Shown here: piece after piece, positions 17,207 to 23,839 of the stretch | How positions within the stretch are numbered: position 1 is the stretch's first letter | Layout of the letters: every line of letters begins with the position of its first letter | Source of the DNA: Oligoflexales bacterium | Lineage (GTDB): Bacteria > Bdellovibrionota_B > Oligoflexia > Oligoflexales > CAIYRB01 | Direction: 5' to 3' | Assembly: GCA_041736175.1 (NCBI GenBank) | Contig: JBGSUI010000088.1 | Location: 1-23,839, forward strand | DNA: 23,839 nucleotides | Notes under the pieces: generated by a model | Databases searched by the model: none | Seen by the model: only the letters and a program-made list of their open reading frames with translations | Told to the model about the DNA's origin: nothing | Translations under genes and position numbers: made by a program

Positions 17207-18277
17207 ATGCTAGACAAATTGTTAAGCACTTTTAATTTAGGGCCTATCCCCCTTAAAAACCGTGTTGTTATGGCCCCCATGACCCGGTCAAGGGCCTATC
17301 AAGGCGTCCCCACAGCCCTTATGGCAACCTACTATGGCCAACGAACCGAAGCGGGATTGATGATCACGGAAGGAACCGCTCCTTCTGCAAATGGTTTAGG
17401 ATATGCCCGGATTCCGGGATGTTTTAATAAAGACCAAATTCATGGCTGGCAAGCTGTGACCAACGCGGTTCACAAAGAAGGCTCGCGAATTTTCTTGCAG
17501 ATGATGCACTGTGGCCGCGTTTCCCATCCGGCTAACATGCTTCCGGGAGCTAAAATCCTGGCTCCCTCAGCGATTGGTCTTAAAGGCACCATGTACACCG
17601 ACTCTCTTCAAAACCAACCTTATCCGCTACCAAAAGCCATGACAGAGGCTGATGTGATCGACACGATCCAGGAGTATGCCGACTCTGCATCCATGGCGGT
17701 CCAAGCGGGTTTTGATGGAGTAGAGCTCCATGCCGCTAATGGTTATTTGGTCGAACAGTTTATCAACCCAAGCGCAAACCAGCGCCAGGACCGGTGGGGA
17801 GGATCCATTGAAAATCGCTGCCGCTTTGCCTTAGAGGTTTGTTCCAAAGTGGCTAGCGCCGTGGGCAAAGCAAAAGTGGGTATCCGGATCTCTCCTTATG
17901 GGGTTTTTAATGACATGGCTCCCTACCCGGATATCGATGCAACATACGGATACCTTGTCAAAGAAATCAATAAACTCGGACTGGCTTATATACACATTGT
18001 AGATCACTCGTCTATGGGCTCACCGGCCGTGCCTTTGTCGATTAAACAGATGATACGGTCGGATTTTAAAGGAGCGCTGATCCTCTCGGGAGGCTATCAT
18101 GCTGAACGAGCCGAAGCAGACCTCTCCCTCGGACTTGGCGATCTGGTCTCCTTTGGGAGACCTTTTATCTCCAATCCTAAGCTGGTCTCTAAATTTAAAA
18201 CCAAGAGTCCCCTTAAGGACCCCGATTTCGCCACTTTTTATACACCTGGACCGAGCGGCTATACGGACTATACTTAA
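17207..18277 (+). CDS. nemA: Old Yellow Enzyme / N-ethylmaleimide reductase-like alkene reductase
   Basis: NRVVMAPMTRSRA, HCGRVSH, GFDGVELHAANGYL, RISP, FGRPFISNP and C-terminal TFY...GYTDY. Start set at ATG 17207 after a GAAGGAG RBS. Confidence 0.9.
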   Translation: MLDKLLSTFNLGPIPLKNRVVMAPMTRSRAYQGVPTALMATYYGQRTEAGLMITEGTAPSANGLGYARIPGCFNKDQIHGWQAVTNAVHKEGSRIFLQMMHCGRVSHPANMLPGAKILAPSAIGLKGTMYTDSLQNQPYPLPKAMTEADVIDTIQEYADSASMAVQAGFDGVELHAANGYLVEQFINPSANQRQDRWGGSIENRCRFALEVCSKVASAVGKAKVGIRISPYGVFNDMAPYPDIDATYGYLVKEINKLGLAYIHIVDHSSMGSPAVPLSIKQMIRSDFKGALILSGGYHAERAEADLSLGLGDLVSFGRPFISNPKLVSKFKTKSPLKDPDFATFYTPGPSGYTDYT

Positions 18278-18323
18278 CAGTTCCAAACCAGGCGACCGCC
18301 CTAGCGAATGTGTCCTTCGGTCA

Positions 18324-20516
18324 TTAGATTCTGGTCCCATGACCCGAATTTCTTTGAGTCCGATGCACAGGCGGTCGTCCCTTCGCCCCGAATAGGGGGA
18401 TCATATCCTTCCATAAATCACCATAGCGGACCAGGCGCTCAGGGACAGTGCCCATATGAAATTGGGAAACGTCAAGAGAGCTGGTCAGTTCCTCCCAATG
18501 GAGAGGAGTTGACACCAGAGCACCGGGACGAGGCCTGACCGAATAAACTGAGACCATCGTTTGGCCCTTTCGATTTTGCAGAAAATCCAGATAAACTTGG
18601 TTTTGTCTTTTGGCTGGTGACCGCTCGAGACTTGTGATTTTTGGTAGCTGGCGATGGACCTGGTGACTTACTTTTTCGGCAAATTTGCGGATATCATCGA
18701 AGGAGTGACCCGCAGAAATAGGAACATAAATATGCAGCCCGCGACCTCCCGAGGTTTTAAGGTAGGCTGGGGCTCGGAGCTGATCTAATACATGTTTAAT
18801 AGCATGTGCTGTTAAAACCACGTCGGAAAAGGAAACGTGGCCTGGATCGAGATCGAACACGACATAGTCTGGCTCGTTGATCCGTTCCATTTGGGAAAGT
18901 CCCATATTGATTTCAATACAACCCATATTCACCAAAAAAATCAGGTCTTCTAACTTATTAACCAGGGCATAGGTGACGGTTTTACCGGACTGCCCCGAGG
19001 GTAAGGTGACGGTCTGAATCCACCCAGGGATGTGTCCGGTCACCTCCTTTTGAAAAAAGCTTTTTCCCTCGATCCCTTCGGGAAATCGATTGAGGGATTG
19101 GGGGCGGTTATGGAGATGGGGGAGCATAAAAGGGGCTACTGTGCGGTAGTAGGCTATAAGTGCACCTTTGGTGATACCTTCCTTGGGCCAGTAAATTCGA
19201 TTTTGATTTGTCAATGCAAATTTATGCTTAACCGAAACATCACTCTGAGTCCCTTCTTCGAGTTTCGAGGATTCCTTGGGATGTGCTCCTCCAGAGTGCA
19301 GCAAATATTTGGTCCCTGGAGCAAATCGAAAGAGGTGTCCCTGGGTGGCTAGGATTTTGACCAAACAAGGACTCTCAAGGGGGATTTTTTCGAGGATGGT
19401 TAGGCGCGCTTTCAGTGGCAAAGACTCTAATTGGTAGCCTTTAAAATGCAGGATATCGTAGATATAAAAGTGATAACGAGGCATTTTAGCACCGAGGTTG
19501 TGCCCTAAAGGTCGGGGGTCGCCTTTGGAATCGACTGGTACAATATAGCCGCCTAACAAAAGGGGGCCACTTAACTTGGCAAATTTCACGATCTCACGAT
19601 AAAGGCCTGGGAATTTTTTATCAAATCGAATCTGGTTTTTACCCGTTAAAAAACATTGGCCGTCGGCATAGGCGGCGACGCTCGCAAAGTAACCGCTAAA
19701 GACGGGTTGCACTAACCAATCTGCTCTAAGTCTCTCTGCTGGGACCCCTTTGTGGACGACCCAGGGGGTGGGCACGCTTATGGTTTGGAGCTCTTCCTGT
19801 ACGAGGACATCCCGATAATCTTCGAGTATTTTGGCGATCCCAGATTGGATTTTGAATGGCAACCGTGCCGGTGGCTTTGCCTGGGAAGGTTCACCCTTGA
19901 GGTCTGATCTCCTCTCGTCGATCTCCGTGAGATTACGACCAGTTCGGACTGACCGGTCTAAGAGAGTGACATCCCGAGGGGAGGAGTGGCTATCGCGTTT
20001 TTTAAGGAGGAGCCAGTTTTTGCCATCCTGATTTTTGAGTTTTACCAGTGCAAACTCCCCTTTTAATTTTTTTCCCTCCAACACAAAAGTAATATGACCT
20101 TTTTCGTAGCCCTTTTGAATCTCTGCAGTCTCGGCTTTTTTGGAAGGAGTGGACCCTTTTTTAGCAAAATCTCGCGAACGAGGGTAGTAGGTCCCTTCGT
20201 CCCAGATCATGACGATCCCTGCGCCATAATTTCCTGGGGGAATCACCCCCTCGAAGTCATTATAATCCATGGGGTGGTCTTCCACCTCGACCGCAAGACG
20301 TCGTTCCATTGGGTCCAGGGAGGGACCTTTGGGAACCGCCCAGCTTTTCATTGTATAGTTGACCTCCAGTCTTAAGTCATAATGCAGACGGGTGGCACGA
20401 TGGAGCTGGACCACAAACACAAGTTTGTCGCCCTTGGGCTTCTTGGACGCGACAACCCCTTTGGGCTCCGGAGTGGCCTTAAAATTCCGCTTTTTTTTGT
20501 ATTCCCCGAGAGCCAT
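18324..20516 (-). CDS. ligD: LigD-like protein: 3'-phosphoesterase + degenerate ligase domain + primase-polymerase (PolDom)
   Basis: PE domain: FVVQLHRATRLHYDLRLE, SWAVPKGPS, EDHPMDY. PolDom: RFPEGI, FFQK, FDLDP, KTSGGRGLH, YLDFLQN. The middle domain lacks ligase catalytic residues. Confidence 0.88.
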   Translation of the reverse strand: MALGEYKKKRNFKATPEPKGVVASKKPKGDKLVFVVQLHRATRLHYDLRLEVNYTMKSWAVPKGPSLDPMERRLAVEVEDHPMDYNDFEGVIPPGNYGAGIVMIWDEGTYYPRSRDFAKKGSTPSKKAETAEIQKGYEKGHITFVLEGKKLKGEFALVKLKNQDGKNWLLLKKRDSHSSPRDVTLLDRSVRTGRNLTEIDERRSDLKGEPSQAKPPARLPFKIQSGIAKILEDYRDVLVQEELQTISVPTPWVVHKGVPAERLRADWLVQPVFSGYFASVAAYADGQCFLTGKNQIRFDKKFPGLYREIVKFAKLSGPLLLGGYIVPVDSKGDPRPLGHNLGAKMPRYHFYIYDILHFKGYQLESLPLKARLTILEKIPLESPCLVKILATQGHLFRFAPGTKYLLHSGGAHPKESSKLEEGTQSDVSVKHKFALTNQNRIYWPKEGITKGALIAYYRTVAPFMLPHLHNRPQSLNRFPEGIEGKSFFQKEVTGHIPGWIQTVTLPSGQSGKTVTYALVNKLEDLIFLVNMGCIEINMGLSQMERINEPDYVVFDLDPGHVSFSDVVLTAHAIKHVLDQLRAPAYLKTSGGRGLHIYVPISAGHSFDDIRKFAEKVSHQVHRQLPKITSLERSPAKRQNQVYLDFLQNRKGQTMVSVYSVRPRPGALVSTPLHWEELTSSLDVSQFHMGTVPERLVRYGDLWKDMIPLFGAKGRPPVHRTQRNSGHGTRI

Positions 20517-20553
20517 AAATCAAATTCCTCAGCCGATCATTTGCGTCCGTCTT

Positions 20554-21312
20554 TTAACCAGATTCACGGGCGAGGTAGTTTTTGATGATCCCATAGGAGT
20601 AGTGGCTAGCCACATGGGTGACAAAAGTAGGAAAATCAACGGGTGCGCTGTGATCAGCCCGGTCTGAAATCGTCCTTACGATCGCAAAGGGGATATCATA
20701 CTCATAACACACCTGGGCCACGGCTGCCCCCTCCATCTCCACACAGCGGACCAAGGGGAGGCGGGATGTAAGCTCTGCAAGTTGAGAATGATCAGCAAAA
20801 AACTTGTCCCCACTGGCGATAGCTCCCAGAATACCCCGAGGTTGTCGCAGCGTGATGCCGTGCCCTGCAGCCTCGGCGTGGACTTTAGGCCAGTCGTTCA
20901 CAAAAAACTCCTGAACCCCCGCGAGGAGTTTTTGGGTCGATAAGGGACAGGTCTTAAAGCCTGAGAGTCCTAAGAGTGGGATCTCATGCTGTGCAAAAAA
21001 AGGTCGCCCATCCATATCGTGCTGGACCAGGTGGTCGCCTACCACCACATCTCCGATCGTAAGATCGGGGTGAGTAGACCCAGCTACACCTGTAAAAAGT
21101 ATTTTATTGACTTTAAAACGGGTTACCAGGGTCGTGGCTGTCGTCGCCGCAGCTACTTTGCCCCACCGTGAAAAGACGCATACCACGGGGGTCCCCCAAA
21201 GGGTTCCCTCCATATAGACCCGCTGACCTAGATCTGTCGTTTGGATGCCCTTAATGTCTGGGATCAGTCGGCTGATCTCTTCGGGCATGGCTCCCATAAT
21301 ACCAAGAGTCAT
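20554..21312 (-). CDS. mtnN: 5'-methylthioadenosine/S-adenosylhomocysteine nucleosidase
   Basis: GIMGAMPEE, GKVAAA, FTGVAG, SGDKF, VEMEGAAVAQV and RTISD. Start is likely ATG 21312 (AAAGGA upstream); the alternative is TTG 21330. Confidence 0.93.
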   Translation of the reverse strand: MTLGIMGAMPEEISRLIPDIKGIQTTDLGQRVYMEGTLWGTPVVCVFSRWGKVAAATTATTLVTRFKVNKILFTGVAGSTHPDLTIGDVVVGDHLVQHDMDGRPFFAQHEIPLLGLSGFKTCPLSTQKLLAGVQEFFVNDWPKVHAEAAGHGITLRQPRGILGAIASGDKFFADHSQLAELTSRLPLVRCVEMEGAAVAQVCYEYDIPFAIVRTISDRADHSAPVDFPTFVTHVASHYSYGIIKNYLARESG

Positions 21313-21353
21313 CCAAGATCCTTTCGTCAATAAGCCCCAAAAATCCTATAAAC

Positions 21354-22022
21354 TTACGGAACCGACCCGAGGGTTTCTAACACTTCTGCCACATGGCCGT
21401 CGACTTTGACTTTAGGCCAAACTGCTGCAACGGTGCCCTGCCGGTCTAACAGAAAAGTGGTCCGTTGGATCCCCATGGACTTGCGGCCATACATGTTTTT
21501 TTCCACCCACACCCCAAAACTTTTAGCGACAGTGAGGTCGCTATCAATTCCAAGGGGAAAGGACAGGGAGTAGTTGTTGCGGAATTTTTGGTGGGAGGCC
21601 CCCGAATCAGCACTAACTCCTATGACGACCGCATCATGTCCAGCGATGACGCCGAGGTTTTCTTGAAACTCACAGGCCTGTCGGGTGCAGCCAGGGGTGT
21701 TGTCCTTAGGGTAAAAGTAGAGGATCACCCGTTGGCCTAAAAGGCTGTCCTTCGATACGGTTTCTCCCCGGTCAGTAAGTAAGGTGAACGCAGGTGCTGG
21801 ATCGCCGACCTTAGGGAGGGAAGATGATTTTTGCACTTTGGCCTTTGTCGGAGTTTTAAGACTTTTAGCGGCTTTTTTTGGCGTTCCCACTTTCTTTTTA
21901 GTGGCCTTTTTCGTGGTCTTTTTTTTGCCGACAACCAAGGTTTTTTTCGTAGATTTTTGTTTGGTTTTGGCTTTTTTCAGGGCTACCGATGCTTTGGTTT
22001 TCTTTGCTTTCTTCTTGGCCAC
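21354..22022 (-). CDS. bcp: Thioredoxin-dependent peroxiredoxin Bcp/PrxQ with Lys-rich N-terminal extension
   Basis: YFYPKDNTPGCTRQAC (CxxxxC), GVSAD, RTTFLLD and VKVDGH. GTG start with AGGAGG RBS. Confidence 0.92.
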   Translation of the reverse strand: MAKKKAKKTKASVALKKAKTKQKSTKKTLVVGKKKTTKKATKKKVGTPKKAAKSLKTPTKAKVQKSSSLPKVGDPAPAFTLLTDRGETVSKDSLLGQRVILYFYPKDNTPGCTRQACEFQENLGVIAGHDAVVIGVSADSGASHQKFRNNYSLSFPLGIDSDLTVAKSFGVWVEKNMYGRKSMGIQRTTFLLDRQGTVAAVWPKVKVDGHVAEVLETLGSVP

Positions 22023-22105
22023 CTTGGTGTACCCTCCTGGGTCTTCACAGAGTCTTGGTTGTTCTGGTCCTGCACTAAAAATCTATCAAAGGTCTGAGGA
22101 ACAAT

Positions 22106-22711
22106 CTAGATCTGATTTACAAAATTTTGCAGCATAGTAAGCCCATGTTCCGTCAGGATGCTTTCGGGGTGAAACTGAACGCCTTCGATCGGAGCCTCTC
22201 TGTGGCGAACGCCCATGATAATCCCACCCGACTCCGGACTGGTCGCGGCGGTGATCTCCAGACAGTCGGGGAGGGTCTCGTGGTCGATCACCAGGGAGTG
22301 GTAGCGCGTGGCTTTAAGGGGAGAGGGAAGCCCTTTAAAAACCCCTTTTCCCCCACCTTGATGATGGTAGATTTGGGCGACCTTCCCATGAACGGGGAGG
22401 GGAGCGCGGATGATTTTGGCGCCAAAAGCTTGACCGATAGCCTGGTGGCCGAGGCATACCCCCAGGAGTGGTTTCTTGTGCACCTGACATGCACGGATCA
22501 GCTCCAGGCTGACTCCTGCCTGGTCTGGGGTGGATGGTCCGGGCGAAATCACAAACAGGTCTGTTTTGGGGTTGCTGACGAGATCGTCCACAGATGCGCC
22601 ATCGTTGCGGATCACCTTTACGTGGGTGCCGAGGGTTTGGAAGTATTGGACGAGGTTGTAGGTAAAGGAATCATAGTTGTCGATCATGACGAGGTTGATA
22701 TTTTGAGCCAT
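22106..22711 (-). CDS. pabA: Anthranilate/aminodeoxychorismate synthase component II (class I glutamine amidotransferase, TrpG/PabA)
   Basis: IDNYDSFTYNL, SPGP, GVCLGHQ, RYHSL and QFHPES. AGGAG RBS. trpG and pabA cannot be distinguished from sequence alone. Confidence 0.88.
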   Translation of the reverse strand: MAQNINLVMIDNYDSFTYNLVQYFQTLGTHVKVIRNDGASVDDLVSNPKTDLFVISPGPSTPDQAGVSLELIRACQVHKKPLLGVCLGHQAIGQAFGAKIIRAPLPVHGKVAQIYHHQGGGKGVFKGLPSPLKATRYHSLVIDHETLPDCLEITAATSPESGGIIMGVRHREAPIEGVQFHPESILTEHGLTMLQNFVNQI

Positions 22712-23079
22712 GATGAGGGGTCTCCTGTGGGAATGACTTAAGTCTGATGCTGATGGTCTCGAACCTCTTTAATGAGTCCCTCCAAAGCCTATTCGAAACT
22801 CTCGGTGACAAAGATTTCCCCTCCATAGGCACGTTGCTCTTCCAAAATCTGCTGTGGATAGCCTAGGGGGTTTCATGAATGCGCCTCCTTGATCTGCCAC
22901 ACTAAGCCATCGGGGGAGCTATGGCAACCTGGTGCGGGGAAGATGGGGCTCGAAGCGGCATGAGTATACCCCCGGCATCCAGCCTTTGGGGTTCCTATTC
23001 TTAAATGGTGCTTAGATGAAAGTGGAAAAGTTTGGTCCACGTCTTAGGGTCTTGACCCACAATGGTCGAGTCCAGCCGC

Positions 23080-23838
23080 TCACATCCCCCACACCGTAAT
23101 GGCACAGCCTTCGTAGGAATGCTCCTCCCGGTAGACCTTTTCGTCCCAGGGCACCTCCTGATCCCGGTTGAAAATCAAAAGATGGCCGGCTTTCAGTCCG
23201 ACCTGATCCAAATACCTTTTGATTTGCTCTAGACCCTTGGACAGGGTCTTCTCTTTGCTGCCATAAAGGATTTTAAGCTCAAACACCGCTTTTTGGACAA
23301 GGCTCCGCTGAGTCGTCCCACTGGATATTTTGGCTTCTGGACCATAGGGCCAGGTGAGCAGGATATCCGTGCGCCCCCGACCGAGGCCGTATTCCCGGTC
23401 GATGCGCCCCCCACCGTTGACGACTCGCTGCAAATAGGCTTGTAGGAGGAGTTGGGGGCCTGCTTCGTGATATTGGTCAAAGCGTTGGATCCAAGTCTCG
23501 CTATTTTCTCTAAAAAACTGCTGAAAGTCTTGGAGCAGTTTTTCTACAGCAATCGAGCCATCAGGATTGATGTACCACTGTCTGGTGATTCGAGGTTCTA
23601 GATTGAGTTGGGTCATCCAGGAGAGCTCTCTGGGGATGACCTCTTGATAAATAGGGTTAGCGATTTTGAGCCCTTCAGAGGTTCGTATCACAAGTCCCAG
23701 GTCAATGGCATAGGAGACGTGATCGGGATTGAGTGCATTAATATCCTCGCCGAGCAGAATGGGTCCAACGATGGCTTGAACCCTTGGCTCTTTGAGCTTA
23801 TCTCCTAGCTGATCCAGATGGGTCACACGCCGCAGGAT
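23080..23838 (-). CDS. AAA-ATPase-associated protein with C-terminal PD-(D/E)XK nuclease-like domain, 5' part outside window
   Basis: Frame is open to the window edge (ILRRVTHLDQL...). Carries NPIYQEVIPREL, EAGPQLLLQAYLQRVVNGGG, REYGLGRGRTD, FELK and GLEQIKRY. Confidence 0.8.
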   Translation of the reverse strand: MLRRVTHLDQLGDKLKEPRVQAIVGPILLGEDINALNPDHVSYAIDLGLVIRTSEGLKIANPIYQEVIPRELSWMTQLNLEPRITRQWYINPDGSIAVEKLLQDFQQFFRENSETWIQRFDQYHEAGPQLLLQAYLQRVVNGGGRIDREYGLGRGRTDILLTWPYGPEAKISSGTTQRSLVQKAVFELKILYGSKEKTLSKGLEQIKRYLDQVGLKAGHLLIFNRDQEVPWDEKVYREEHSYEGCAITVWGM

Positions 23839-23839
23839 C

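Noticed and set aside
22127..22741. 204-aa plus-strand ORF
   Set aside because: Antisense to pabA/trpG over nearly its whole length, with no independent evidence.

Overview
Bacterial chromosomal window of moderate GC. The gene set is suggestive of Bdellovibrionota/Oligoflexia or a related deltaproteobacterial-type lineage; this is inference only. The left arm holds a 5'-truncated HNH endonuclease gene, a secreted GH5 glycosidase and a minus-strand core run guaB-guaA-dnaE-tgt, in which Tgt is fused to an MnmC/MnmD-type methyltransferase. The centre (about 11.9-17.0 kb) is accessory: two divergent lipoproteins (one with IucA/IucC-like motifs), an IS607-like remnant, an MNT-HEPN toxin-antitoxin pair, a stand-alone ligase-type adenylation domain with an unusual KIHGHR motif I, a hairpin-rich intergenic region and an unknown 212-aa protein. 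The right arm holds an Old Yellow Enzyme and a minus-strand run pabA/trpG - bcp (Lys-rich tail) - mtnN - ligD, then the 3' part of an AAA-ATPase/PD-(D/E)XK gene. The best candidate for a new system: LigD keeps intact phosphoesterase and polymerase motifs but its ligase domain is catalytically dead and truncated, no Ku is present in the window, and a separate minimal ligase plus an unknown protein lie about 2 kb away. This could be a split or non-canonical nucleic-acid end-repair system. No rRNA, tRNA or CRISPR array was recognised.
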